Sequence record: MN871444.1
DNA length: 64,000 nt
Reading direction: 5' to 3' (one strand)
The notes beneath the pieces are model-generated. The model did no database searches. It saw only the letters and a list, made by a program, of their open reading frames with translations, and was not told the origin of the DNA. The position numbers and the translations under genes were made by a program. Shown here piece after piece: positions 36,682 through 46,159 of the stretch. Positions within the stretch are counted from its first letter, which is position 1. Each line of letters begins with the position of its first letter.

Positions 36682-37122
36682 TTATTTCAGTGCGTGGACG
36701 GTTTTACCGTTGCTATTCACAACGTAGAGTTCATCGCCCGGGTAAAAGAACTCATAATCTACGGTACATTCATCAGGGCCGTTGATATGAGTCACTAATA
36801 CTCCGATAGCATCCGTGACCTCGTTGGTGCCTGGAGATGCGCCCAACAGTACGGTTTCTTTACCGTACATGTTATCACGGTAAACGGTAACGCCAGAAAT
36901 TTGGAATGATTCCATACCACCCAACTCAACCGTCTCACCCTGAACTTCACGGACTGATTCTGCCGTCCGTAGAATTTCATCAAAATCGCCTGGGTCGGTA
37001 GGGTTCTTGGTGTAATTAATGGCTTCATTATAGGCCTTCCCGTGCCGGGTGCCGATGGTGATGTCTTCATCGTGTTCTGATAAATGGATGTCGCCATTGA
37101 TGATGCGTTTTACTGTTAACAT
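36682..37122 (-). CDS. Hypothetical protein
   Basis: Minus-strand ORF with AGGA RBS; better supported than overlapping frames. Confidence 0.6.
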   Translation of the reverse strand: MLTVKRIINGDIHLSEHDEDITIGTRHGKAYNEAINYTKNPTDPGDFDEILRTAESVREVQGETVELGGMESFQISGVTVYRDNMYGKETVLLGASPGTNEVTDAIGVLVTHINGPDECTVDYEFFYPGDELYVVNSNGKTVHALK

Positions 37123-37274
37123 AGTTTATGTTCCTGTTGCTATTAATAGTGCTAGTAGTAGTGAGTTGTGGCAATAAACCACATAGTATTGTGTGGTTTT
37201 AATGATGGAGTTATTTTTTACTGGGTTGTGGTATCACATGACATATCCAACATTCCTCTGAGGGGAGCACTAAC

Positions 37275-38033
37275 ATGTCTCTTATTTCTTATGTTGTTGA
37301 TTTTTTCACTCCAGCGTCGGTTAAGAAAAGACGTGCAGATGCCGAATTACGTCACGATATCTATTCCATTCTGGAAGCAATTCGATTTTTACTTGGTATC
37401 AGTATTGGTTCAGCTAAACGCGATAAACATCCGGTTTACGGTCGGTGGGATGAATTCCATGGTCAGGTTGGCTCGTGCGGACTATTGACTGAAGTTGCCC
37501 CGGGGGTCATCCTAGTTACTCATGCGGCTGGTTCCACCCTGCCTAAAGAGTTATTGGTGGACAAACTACAGCAATATGCTCTTTCCTCTGGATTCAACGG
37601 TTATACGTTTCAACTATCCATGCAGCGTGGGATGCATCGGCTGGAAGGGGTTCCCGGAGAAGAGGCCTCCGGCACTGTTGGGTATCTGATAGATGAAAGT
37701 AAATTCAAAGCATTCATCAAACGAACCCCTAATAAAGGTTTGCGGGTATCGGCATTGCGTGCCCATTTAACAGAACTCTTGACTATCGCCAGCAGACACA
37801 ATTATCAATTACCATTTGGTGGTTGGTCACCGGTAATCGTTAATGCGGGCGACGGTGTAATATGGGTGACCTTTTTTTACACGGGGTCTTTACCTTACTG
37901 CGATGACGCGGCCACCATCAAAATACTGGGTAAGTCTTTGCTTGGAGCATTTCCCAAATACGAGGTTGGTCCTGGCAGTATGGCCAATAGGACCCTTACA
38001 TTTAAACTGCATCGAACAGAAACAAACGATTGA
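37275..38033 (+). CDS. Hypothetical protein
   Basis: GGGGAG RBS. Confidence 0.65.
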   Translation: MSLISYVVDFFTPASVKKRRADAELRHDIYSILEAIRFLLGISIGSAKRDKHPVYGRWDEFHGQVGSCGLLTEVAPGVILVTHAAGSTLPKELLVDKLQQYALSSGFNGYTFQLSMQRGMHRLEGVPGEEASGTVGYLIDESKFKAFIKRTPNKGLRVSALRAHLTELLTIASRHNYQLPFGGWSPVIVNAGDGVIWVTFFYTGSLPYCDDAATIKILGKSLLGAFPKYEVGPGSMANRTLTFKLHRTETND

Positions 38034-38048
38034 AAATAATTATGGGGC

Positions 38049-38057
38049 TATATTACT
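38049..38057 (+). promoter_or_regulatory. Early promoter motif TATATTACT
   Basis: Exact intergenic motif upstream of 38090. Confidence 0.7.
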
Positions 38058-38089
38058 GTAATGATAACCAGTAATGAGGTATAGCCCCC

Positions 38090-38335
38090 ATGAATAACTC
38101 GAATTATTTTCCGGCGCTACAACGTAGAATCACCAAGTTGTATCCCGACCTTACCACAAAACAAGTAACGCATATTTGCAATCTCATTTCCAACTACCTC
38201 AGATCTTTTAAAGATGATATCTGGGGAGTGGAAGTGGCAAATATGCCGTTCAACCAAAATGACCCCGGTTATTTTTCCTTCCATAAGGTGTCGGGGTGTG
38301 ACGTTGTTGTGTTTATAAGAATAACGGTGGATTGA
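38090..38335 (+). CDS. Small hypothetical protein
   Basis: GAGGT RBS. Confidence 0.55.
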   Translation: MNNSNYFPALQRRITKLYPDLTTKQVTHICNLISNYLRSFKDDIWGVEVANMPFNQNDPGYFSFHKVSGCDVVVFIRITVD

Positions 38336-38940
38336 CTATGGATTCCAAACAACAATTACGCGCTGAATATTTCTTTAAGGGGCTAGTAAAAGAATATCGT
38401 CGCACCTTCTTCAAACCGTGCAGTGACTCGACTTGGCGACAGATTTCTGTATGGCAGTACGCCCCACATCTGAAACCCAGTCGAGCATGGGAACGCAGTC
38501 TGGCGGAAATGAATGGCGTGTGCTGGAATGACCCATGGCACACCGGCATTTGTTTGCCAATAGCCTTGTTTGCCAAAGCTTGGTTTAAAGATGTTTTGGG
38601 TTCATCTGCTGAGCTTTGTGCAATTCAAACCAGAATGGATTTAAGTGGATTGAGATCGAGTATGGAAATGCCGTGGTCATTCTTCCATGCCGTCATTAAA
38701 TGTGACGGTCGATATTACGACACGTTAATCCCTCGGGGAACAGCATCAGTTAAAAAGGTCTATGGATGCGATGTGGCCCATGCGGGCATGACATCAAAAA
38801 TCATTTCACATCATATCGAATTTAGTGTCGATCAGATGAAAGCCATATTCCAAGATTTTATTTTACCGATGAAACAGAAGATGTATCCAGAAGGTGTTGT
38901 CGATACTGAGTTTCAATTGATATTTAAGGAACTGGTATGA
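38332..38940 (+). CDS. Hypothetical protein with possible Cys-His-Asp triad
   Basis: GICLPIA...FHAVIK...YYD. Confidence 0.55.
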   Translation: MTMDSKQQLRAEYFFKGLVKEYRRTFFKPCSDSTWRQISVWQYAPHLKPSRAWERSLAEMNGVCWNDPWHTGICLPIALFAKAWFKDVLGSSAELCAIQTRMDLSGLRSSMEMPWSFFHAVIKCDGRYYDTLIPRGTASVKKVYGCDVAHAGMTSKIISHHIEFSVDQMKAIFQDFILPMKQKMYPEGVVDTEFQLIFKELV

Positions 38941-39392
38941 TTGCATGGTTCTTTTTAAAAGTGTATATTTCTGAGGCGTGGCAGACAATCAGAAAATGGT
39001 TTCGCAAAGATACTAAAGTAAAGAATATCTTTGCTCACAGTGCAAATGGCGAACTATGCTACCATTGTAAAAAACCGATGTACACCAAACAAGGCATCAT
39101 ATCTACTGTTGCCTCTGGAAAAATTCATCAAAGCTGTTACTCTGGTTTTCTTGAGGGTTACGTAGATGAATTAATCACCAAACGCAAAGAGCGAGAGAAA
39201 AGTATGGCTATTAAAATGACTGGCTGTAGTTTCGAAAATAATGGGAAAAACACGGTCAACATGACGTTACCCGCCGGTAGTGAAATCAAATGCAATTCTT
39301 GTGGTAAAATAACCATCGTAGAAAAAGGAGGAACGGTAGACGTAAAATGCCCTGAATGTCAATCAACCAATGTTACCATCACTACGCCATGA
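38937..39392 (+). CDS. Zn-ribbon-containing protein
   Basis: CYHC, CNSC and CPEC motifs. Confidence 0.55.
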   Translation: MIAWFFLKVYISEAWQTIRKWFRKDTKVKNIFAHSANGELCYHCKKPMYTKQGIISTVASGKIHQSCYSGFLEGYVDELITKRKEREKSMAIKMTGCSFENNGKNTVNMTLPAGSEIKCNSCGKITIVEKGGTVDVKCPECQSTNVTITTP

Positions 39393-39399
39393 GGTGTTT

Positions 39400-39705
39400 A
39401 TGTCAAATCGCAAATTAGCCGGGTGTATTGTTAGCCTCTATGACTACGAGCATACCGGTCACCCACAAAAATACATGAAATCACTGGGCATCGATGTCGG
39501 GCTTGCCGTACCTCAAAGCCTGTGCGATTCATGGTGGTTTTTCATGTGCAGTAATGTTCCGGAACCGCTACCGGAACATATCACCGAAATGAAACCATTC
39601 AACCCGCTGGATTTTGTCGGGTACGGCTTGTCTCCCGAAGACGCTGAAAAAATAACCAACTGGATGGTTGAAAACCAGATCGAAGTACCACCAAGAAAAG
39701 CGTAA
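39400..39705 (+). CDS. Conserved phage hypothetical protein
   Basis: GAGGTG RBS; HPQKYM..LGI..AVPQSL.DSWWF. Confidence 0.65.
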   Translation: MSNRKLAGCIVSLYDYEHTGHPQKYMKSLGIDVGLAVPQSLCDSWWFFMCSNVPEPLPEHITEMKPFNPLDFVGYGLSPEDAEKITNWMVENQIEVPPRKA

Positions 39706-39778
39706 TCACATTCAGTTAAAACCTATAAGCCACGCCATTATCGGTTTGTTGGCTTCTACCTATAAAGGAAAGAAAATC

Positions 39779-40438
39779 ATGTTGAATTTAAATGACGTCC
39801 TCCCAGATACCCCTGTCCGTTCTGATTACGATAAATACAAAAACGGAAAGGATTTACACTTGTCTGGTTTCCCATCACCGCTGGACCGGACCATCAATGA
39901 TCCACTGTACTTCATTTCGGCGGATGTCGCTTTACGCTATTTCAAAACCATCGCTACCCGTTTCGAATATGACCCAGTACACACGGCAGACCAGGTTACC
40001 AAAAGTCTACAGGCTGAATTCCTGAAGTACGCCCGCCGGGTGGGGTGGTGGACCGCCCACGTATGTGGTGGCATGATTGTGCTCGAGGCCCGAATCGAAC
40101 ATAACGGAAAACGGATAGCAGTATATCCCGAAACCTTACGGCAGACCAAGGTGTATCGTGGTTTGACTGCTACGTTGACTGGATGTGATAAGGCATCCCT
40201 ACACGAACTCATTACCGCGGGTAATTTCCAAGAATATATTTACCCAGAAGGCTCCTTTATTTTGAGAGTCAATAATATTTCCTGCGATGGGCATAATTTA
40301 TATAGCAATCTCGGGGTTTGGTTCGATGATGGTAAACGGGTACAATTCGATCCCGAGGGTAATTTCGGATGGGAGTGCCCTCCAGATAAGGTTATAGAGT
40401 TACGGTTTGATTTATTGGTCGATTACCCAGTGGAGTAA
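39779..40438 (+). CDS. Hypothetical protein
   Basis: AAGGA RBS with ATG 39779. Confidence 0.6.
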   Translation: MLNLNDVLPDTPVRSDYDKYKNGKDLHLSGFPSPLDRTINDPLYFISADVALRYFKTIATRFEYDPVHTADQVTKSLQAEFLKYARRVGWWTAHVCGGMIVLEARIEHNGKRIAVYPETLRQTKVYRGLTATLTGCDKASLHELITAGNFQEYIYPEGSFILRVNNISCDGHNLYSNLGVWFDDGKRVQFDPEGNFGWECPPDKVIELRFDLLVDYPVE

Positions 40439-40446
40439 AAGACAAC

Positions 40447-40887
40447 ATGACAACAATATCGGTAGTGATTGGTCGGTTTGGTGCACCAAACCGCAATGGT
40501 GACGTCTTCATAATGGATGAGGCCGCGCTGCGGGACCGTTTAGATAAAATGGTGGGTAAGGTAGTGGGAGAAACTAGCCAGAACGCCATAACCAGCGAGC
40601 TGAAAGGGATGCCGGATCTCTCTTCCCGACTCGTCAGATTAGAACGGGTGGACGCCCTCAAAAGTGCCGGTACCCTAATGGGGTATCAAATTGAGCGGCT
40701 TGGTGATACTGAGCTTATTGTTACGGGTGACGTAGAACCATCGCCACTATTATTAAATCTCCTGGAGCGTGACCCGACGCCCACTTTCGGTATCCGGTGT
40801 TTAACGCAACCCCGAAGTCGAACTGAGAACAAAATTCAGGTTCTGAACCTGATATCGTTCGATTACCTTCCACCCACTGAGCGTTAA
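40447..40887 (+). CDS. Possible degenerate prohead-protease-fold protein
   Basis: PNRNGDVF, VVGE, FGIR and LISFD echo T4 gp21/phiKZ protease motifs; catalytic His/Ser not evident. Confidence 0.4.
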   Translation: MTTISVVIGRFGAPNRNGDVFIMDEAALRDRLDKMVGKVVGETSQNAITSELKGMPDLSSRLVRLERVDALKSAGTLMGYQIERLGDTELIVTGDVEPSPLLLNLLERDPTPTFGIRCLTQPRSRTENKIQVLNLISFDYLPPTER

Positions 40888-40892
40888 AGCAA

Positions 40893-41090
40893 ATGCCAGA
40901 TCCAGATATGGTTTATATTGAAGACGACCTCGTCTTTAGTAGAAAAGAGCTTGAGTCGATAATTCCGTGGCGTGGGTTACCGCCCAAACTACGAACGGTA
41001 GAAGAAAGATACCCTTATATCCGTACCTTTAAAGAGGGGAAACATTCTGCCAGTAAACGTTCCAAAACCAAAACTAAGCGGAGAAAATAA
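40893..41090 (+). CDS. Small basic-tailed protein
   Basis: ORF in array. Confidence 0.5.
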   Translation: MPDPDMVYIEDDLVFSRKELESIIPWRGLPPKLRTVEERYPYIRTFKEGKHSASKRSKTKTKRRK

Positions 41091-41142
41091 ATGCAATATC
41101 ATCAGGTGCGCCCTCGATTACATACGTAATCGGAGATTCATC

Positions 41143-41304
41143 ATGTCAAGAACAAAGCGCGGTTCCAAACCGGCGGGGTACGACTACTTTGGCCCCAGAC
41201 CATATTCTCAGGGCGCCATAGGAAAAGAAACAAAAGTCATTACCCACCGGATAGAACGTCGACGTTCTAAAAACCTGGTACGAAAAGAACTATCAGAGCT
41301 ATAA
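41143..41304 (+). CDS. Small basic protein (53 aa, not in track)
   Basis: GGAG RBS; MSRTKRGSKPAGYDYFGPRP...THRIERRRSK. Confidence 0.65.
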   Translation: MSRTKRGSKPAGYDYFGPRPYSQGAIGKETKVITHRIERRRSKNLVRKELSEL

Positions 41305-41309
41305 ATTCT

Positions 41310-41330
41310 GGAGGGGGCAATTGCCCCTCC
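41310..41330 (+). terminator. Hairpin followed by TTTTATGTCG
   Basis: GGAGGGGGCAATTGCCCCTCC. Confidence 0.75.
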
Positions 41331-41360
41331 TTTTATGTCGGCCTTTTGAGAGGAACCCGT

Positions 41361-41780
41361 ATGGCCAGAATTACTACAACCAAAAAACCGCGTGCCCGGG
41401 ATTTAATGGAAGTTATCGTTTTACTACTTACCTTATTTACCGGCGTGCGTTACGACTACGAACTGCTTACTTTTATCGCCACGGTGTACACCGTGGCGTC
41501 CTGTCTGGGTTTGCTGTTAGGGTGTGCTATCGCCACCATTAGGGTTACTACAGCGCCACCAGAAAGAACCCCGTTATTAAACGGACTGATGCGCAGGTGC
41601 CGACCAGACGACTGGTGGCATGCGATCCACACCACCATTTGGTGTTGGTGCGGTATAATTTTTATTCACAGCCACCATCCTACGATTGCGATGTTTGCCA
41701 TTTTTCACCCTATTTTTCTAATGGGGTGGTGGTATTGGATTGTGGGGTATTCTGACTGTAAACTGAGGGAAGGAAAATAA
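41361..41780 (+). CDS. Membrane protein
   Basis: Several hydrophobic helices; AGGA RBS. Confidence 0.6.
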   Translation: MARITTTKKPRARDLMEVIVLLLTLFTGVRYDYELLTFIATVYTVASCLGLLLGCAIATIRVTTAPPERTPLLNGLMRRCRPDDWWHAIHTTIWCWCGIIFIHSHHPTIAMFAIFHPIFLMGWWYWIVGYSDCKLREGK

Positions 41781-42149
41781 ATGAACATTCAAGAATTGCA
41801 TGCTTTATGTGACCGTTTGTTGCGGGAAGGGGTTGACCCACATACTCCTATCGAAGGTCTCAGTCACGTGGAACCCATGCAGATTGAAGGCGAATCAAAT
41901 TGCCAATCAAAATTATTACCGTGTCCGTTTTGTGGTGGTGAGCCTGAAGAGGACTCAGGGGGAGTCAGTGAATATTACGGCCATGAACATCAAGACTTAT
42001 GGGTAACCTGCAAACGGTGTGGCGCGGAGGTGGGTTGCTATACGGGAACTCAGGATGCCGCTGACGCTCCATGTAGTTGTCATCACGATATCCGCAAAAT
42101 AGCCTACGCCAAGTGGAATGCCAGAACAACAGCATTGGGGGGTAAATAA
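41781..42149 (+). CDS. Lar-family restriction-alleviation-like Zn-finger protein
   Basis: LLPCPFCGG...WVTCKRCGA...KWNAR signature. Confidence 0.75.
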   Translation: MNIQELHALCDRLLREGVDPHTPIEGLSHVEPMQIEGESNCQSKLLPCPFCGGEPEEDSGGVSEYYGHEHQDLWVTCKRCGAEVGCYTGTQDAADAPCSCHHDIRKIAYAKWNARTTALGGK

Positions 42150-42151
42150 TA

Positions 42152-42580
42152 ATGGACATTATCAAAATCGGTGATGAGTTAACCAAAAACATTGGTCTTT
42201 TAAAGGTAGCTCTGACTAACTGTAACCGGTTAAACTTTTGTGGTGATGTGTTGGTGGACTTGGACCGGTCGCGGGATGAAGTCCTCGCAGTAACCAAAAA
42301 CGTCACCCGCATATTCAATATGATCTCGCTGGGACAAGATACCTGGACCAAAGAAGAACTGATTGATTTATTTAAGCATGAGTTACAGACCAACCTGGTG
42401 CGCAAATACAATATCTGGTTTGAAACCCCAGAGGGTGACGGATATTCACTGGTTGGGTGTGGCTTGGGTTGTACTTTCGAAGATGCCTGCGCCGCCTTCT
42501 TTGCTCAATATGACGCGCCTTTCGATAAAGCAACTATGACCTCAAAGGGCTGTCGAGTTAAACAATATCCGGATGAGTAG
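42152..42580 (+). CDS. Hypothetical protein
   Basis: ORF in array. Confidence 0.6.
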   Translation: MDIIKIGDELTKNIGLLKVALTNCNRLNFCGDVLVDLDRSRDEVLAVTKNVTRIFNMISLGQDTWTKEELIDLFKHELQTNLVRKYNIWFETPEGDGYSLVGCGLGCTFEDACAAFFAQYDAPFDKATMTSKGCRVKQYPDE

Positions 42581-42595
42581 TGGGTTGGGGGTAAG

Positions 42596-43087
42596 ATGAT
42601 CATTGCTTATTTTAAAGGAAAATATTTCGTCAGTATTTTCCGTAAGGTCTACACCAATGAAACGGGTGTGATGAAAGTCCCCCTAAATCCAGATGCGTTT
42701 TCCATCCAGGCCCATAAAGGGGTAATCGGAATATCTGCCTTTGGGTATCATCGAATGTTTCAGTTACGAAGTTTATTGCCAGGGTGTGGTGGTAAATCCA
42801 CTTTCGTGACGGAGCCCATCGGTGAACCTTTTGAGGTCAACTATCTGGGCAATATATATCTGGTTCAGAAAACTAAGCAGTATGTTGCCTATGGTAAGCG
42901 GTTGAAGAGTCTGCGGGACCAATATACTGTTTTATCTATTAATGGGACGCCGGAACAACCTTTCACCAATTCATGCCTTGCGCAGAAGACAGATATATTG
43001 ACTATCAAGCATTATATCCAAATGAAAAAGTTGTTTAATCTCGATTTTACTGGGGCTCCGGCGATAACTGTAATGTATTTGTTTTAA
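42596..43087 (+). CDS. Hypothetical protein
   Basis: GGGGG RBS. Confidence 0.55.
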   Translation: MIIAYFKGKYFVSIFRKVYTNETGVMKVPLNPDAFSIQAHKGVIGISAFGYHRMFQLRSLLPGCGGKSTFVTEPIGEPFEVNYLGNIYLVQKTKQYVAYGKRLKSLRDQYTVLSINGTPEQPFTNSCLAQKTDILTIKHYIQMKKLFNLDFTGAPAITVMYLF

Positions 43088-43100
43088 GGTCAAATAAATA

Positions 43101-43607
43101 ATGAATATTTTCTTATATATCAAGACCCCCACTGGTAAAGCCATCCAGTTATTCGGTTTATGGCTATGCGGTACCGGTAACGCCATGGAAGGTTATTTTC
43201 ATCCAAGCTCAACCGTGATGCACCTCACTCATAACACGATACATCTCAAAACCAAAAACAGAACAATCTTTCTGAATGCAGTTGATAAGGTGTGTGGTCG
43301 GAAGGTTGAACAAGATATTCCAATCGGCCCTAAAGAAGAAATTATTACCTCTGTGGGGAAATTCATCGTACAGCCGGCGCAGCGGGTGCATGTCCGTAAA
43401 CGTTTTATCGCCCCGGTTCCGGATACCAACAATTTTTACTTCATCCACGAATACCCCAACCCACTAAAATCATCCTACGATCCCAAAAAATGGGCGGTGA
43501 TGGCAGATAGTGCGGTTGATGCAACGGTGCGGTTGTATGAAAACGACCAAATGCTCCACGACCTGGGTAAGTCATTAGCCAAATCCCTTTCAGGTGACAT
43601 TCAATGA
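43101..43607 (+). CDS. Hypothetical protein
   Basis: AAGG RBS; weak similarity to 42596. Confidence 0.55.
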   Translation: MNIFLYIKTPTGKAIQLFGLWLCGTGNAMEGYFHPSSTVMHLTHNTIHLKTKNRTIFLNAVDKVCGRKVEQDIPIGPKEEIITSVGKFIVQPAQRVHVRKRFIAPVPDTNNFYFIHEYPNPLKSSYDPKKWAVMADSAVDATVRLYENDQMLHDLGKSLAKSLSGDIQ

Positions 43608-43957
43608 ACGTATATATCGACGACTTGCGTGACCCCGCTAAATACCTTTCGCCGGAGCTGGCAAAAGACATTGTCTGGATTAAAAAGTGGTGGGATGCTA
43701 AAGTATTCCTGCACGATAATCAAGACAAAATCGAAGTGATTCATTTCGATCACTACATGGATGTACGCGACCACACCGGCGGGGACTTATTGGAAATGGT
43801 TTATTTCTACAAAACTCGCGTTGATGAGTTCCCTTTGCTGAAAACGGTTTACTTACACTCCAGCGACAAAGCCGTGGTGGAACGATTGATTGAACGATTC
43901 AAAGATAAGTTCATCAAATACGGTGTAGAAATGATCAATAATTCCCAACGGTTTTAA
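43604..43957 (+). CDS. Cyclic-phosphate-processing receiver-like (cREC) domain protein
   Basis: VYIDDLRDP...IHFDH...TGGDLL...VYLHS. Confidence 0.7.
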   Translation: MNVYIDDLRDPAKYLSPELAKDIVWIKKWWDAKVFLHDNQDKIEVIHFDHYMDVRDHTGGDLLEMVYFYKTRVDEFPLLKTVYLHSSDKAVVERLIERFKDKFIKYGVEMINNSQRF

Positions 43958-43997
43958 TTAGATAAATGCAATAAGATTCCAAATGAGGGAATCAATC

Positions 43998-44369
43998 ATG
44001 GCAGAAGAAAACAAAATAGTACTTAAAGGGTGCAGTTTACGTTTACCGTACGGTATTAAAACCGGCGAGGTATCTGATGGGTACCATACCTTCGATGAGC
44101 TTTACGCACATCGGATACGGTTGTTTTCCACACTGATGCACGCCTACCCACATCTATCCTGGTGGAGCAGAAAACAATTTGATGGTCAGGAATTCAAGGG
44201 TTGGGTATTAGCCGGCATCACGACCCCATCCGGGGAAATTACGTACCACCTGCCTGAGTCAGAGGTCCCCAATCTACCGGAAGGTACTGAACTCGAAGTC
44301 GGTAAAGAATGGGATGGACATACCGGTAACGATGTACTGAAGCGGTTGTTATCTCTGCGTATGGGATGA
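43998..44369 (+). CDS. WDGH-motif conserved phage protein
   Basis: SDGYHTFDELYAHR...ITYHLP...WDGHT. Confidence 0.75.
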   Translation: MAEENKIVLKGCSLRLPYGIKTGEVSDGYHTFDELYAHRIRLFSTLMHAYPHLSWWSRKQFDGQEFKGWVLAGITTPSGEITYHLPESEVPNLPEGTELEVGKEWDGHTGNDVLKRLLSLRMG

Positions 44370-44378
44370 CAACATATT

Positions 44379-44398
44379 GGGAGGGCTTTCGCCCTCCC
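44379..44398 (+). terminator. Hairpin GGGAGGGC-TTTC-GCCCTCCC followed by TTTTATGCC
   Basis: Perfect stem. Confidence 0.8.
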
Positions 44399-44463
44399 TT
44401 TTATGCCATCTCTTTTTTATTTGTTGTCACAACAATATAGGACGTTACCGCGAGAATATAACC

Positions 44464-44715
44464 ATGGCAACTTTTGTCAAACTCAAACCTGGAATATATT
44501 TGGTGGATAGTAATAGTTCATTTAATTTAGCTATCCGTGATTTTACCTACCCAGCAAAAGAATCTACAATGAAGCCTAGCGCTAGGCCGGGCACATTTCC
44601 AACGATGATAGTACTCAGTATTGGATATAATCTCGGGGATTATTACCTTGATGTAAAATTCATGAAGGTTGATGCATTGACCGAAATACTGAGACAATAT
44701 TCACATGCTAAATAG
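44464..44715 (+). CDS. Hypothetical protein (paralog of 28599)
   Basis: PGIYLV...FNLAI...PGTFPTMI. Confidence 0.55.
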   Translation: MATFVKLKPGIYLVDSNSSFNLAIRDFTYPAKESTMKPSARPGTFPTMIVLSIGYNLGDYYLDVKFMKVDALTEILRQYSHAK

Positions 44716-44724
44716 TTATACCTT

Positions 44725-44733
44725 TATATTACT
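44725..44733 (+). promoter_or_regulatory. Early promoter motif TATATTACT
   Basis: Exact intergenic motif directly upstream of NADAR. Confidence 0.7.
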
Positions 44734-44761
44734 TTGGTGTTCATAACCAGGAATAAAAACC

Positions 44762-45271
44762 ATGCGTATTACTGACACCCACGTATTTTTCTTTTCGTAT
44801 GCAGACCAATACAGCAATCACTATAATTCCCCCTTTACCGTACCCGATGAACCGGGACGTATTTTTCATACCGTGGAGCATTACATGATGTTTGTTAAAG
44901 CAGTCATGTTTGGTGATGTATCTACGGCTGAGAAAATCCTGGTCAACCCACGCCCCATGGAGGCGAAAAAGCTAGGGCGCCAGGTAAAGGATTACGATGA
45001 TGCGACCTGGGCGTCGTGCCGTGAAAAGGTAGTGACGAAAGGACTTTTTTATAAGATGCGCTGCCATCCGGATATCCGGTTATCTGCGCTGAAGTTCCGA
45101 ATGGAAGGTAAACAGTTTGTTGAAGCCAGTCCGTACGACCGCATATGGGGTATCGGGACGGCTGAAGATAACCCACTGATAACGGACCCCACCAACTGGA
45201 AAGGGCAAAATCTGTTGGGTAAATGTTGGGATGCGGCTATTGATTTAACTTTGTTGGGGGAATTACCATGA
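44762..45271 (+). CDS. NADAR family protein (YbiA/RibX-like)
   Basis: YSNHY, TVEHYMM..KA..FGD, KKLGRQV, FVEASPYDRIWGIG and WKGQNLLGK. Confidence 0.92.
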   Translation: MRITDTHVFFFSYADQYSNHYNSPFTVPDEPGRIFHTVEHYMMFVKAVMFGDVSTAEKILVNPRPMEAKKLGRQVKDYDDATWASCREKVVTKGLFYKMRCHPDIRLSALKFRMEGKQFVEASPYDRIWGIGTAEDNPLITDPTNWKGQNLLGKCWDAAIDLTLLGELP

Positions 45272-45409
45272 TTACATTTTTATGTATGTTTTTAGACCGG
45301 CATTATAGCTTGGATGCGAGTTGGTTATTTTACATCTTACCGGTGTTGTGGGATGCAGCTATCTTCATGTGGATTGGTCGCAACAAAAAATCGTGAATTG
45401 GGGGTAAGT

Positions 45410-46159
45410 ATGAATTTAGAAAAAAGTTGGTATTGGTCCCGGGATGAAAAGAAATCAGTGACTCGGGTGCGGGCGGTACAGACTAAACTGGCCTGGTGGA
45501 AAGCGTGTAGGCGGTTTGCCCTCAATTATTGGATTGACGGTGCCGAGTGTAACACTGGGGTATTTATCTGTATTCCATTTCTATTTTCTCTATGTATCAC
45601 GGTGCATTGTGAATGGGATTGGTTTAAGCGCAAATTCCCAAAAACCTATGCGGCTGATGCACTTACCGATTGGAGCCTTGGCTTAACTGCAGAGTATATT
45701 TGCCTACGTTGGGCCGATATGGACACCATGGATTCTTCCACCAGAACCGGGTTCCATTGGATTGCGTCCTGGGAAGACATCTTCAAAGGGGGTGCTATAT
45801 CCAACGTTCGAGATAAGCCCTACGCGGTGCATGAAGAAAGTCGTTTTATTAAAATCGGCTATCCCGAAAAAGGCAATAAACCACAACTCATCACCTTTAC
45901 GGTCTATAAACAAAATATCCATCGGTATTATCGGCGCTGGTTCCCACAGACAACTGTACGGTATCACGTTGCCACTGATACCCAACTCAGGGTGCCTGGG
46001 GATGGTGAAAACGAATGGGACTTGGATGATGAGCTTATTGGTGGACCTTTCCACGAAGCCTCTGAATCTGCAGATCTCGTAGTTTGCGCCATCAATCCAA
46101 AAGCCGCCATAGACCAGGTGATTGCCGACTATTATCGTCGGGTAGGTTATCGTGGCTAA
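45410..46159 (+). CDS. Hypothetical protein
   Basis: GGGGG RBS with ATG 45410. Confidence 0.6.
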   Translation: MNLEKSWYWSRDEKKSVTRVRAVQTKLAWWKACRRFALNYWIDGAECNTGVFICIPFLFSLCITVHCEWDWFKRKFPKTYAADALTDWSLGLTAEYICLRWADMDTMDSSTRTGFHWIASWEDIFKGGAISNVRDKPYAVHEESRFIKIGYPEKGNKPQLITFTVYKQNIHRYYRRWFPQTTVRYHVATDTQLRVPGDGENEWDLDDELIGGPFHEASESADLVVCAINPKAAIDQVIADYYRRVGYRG

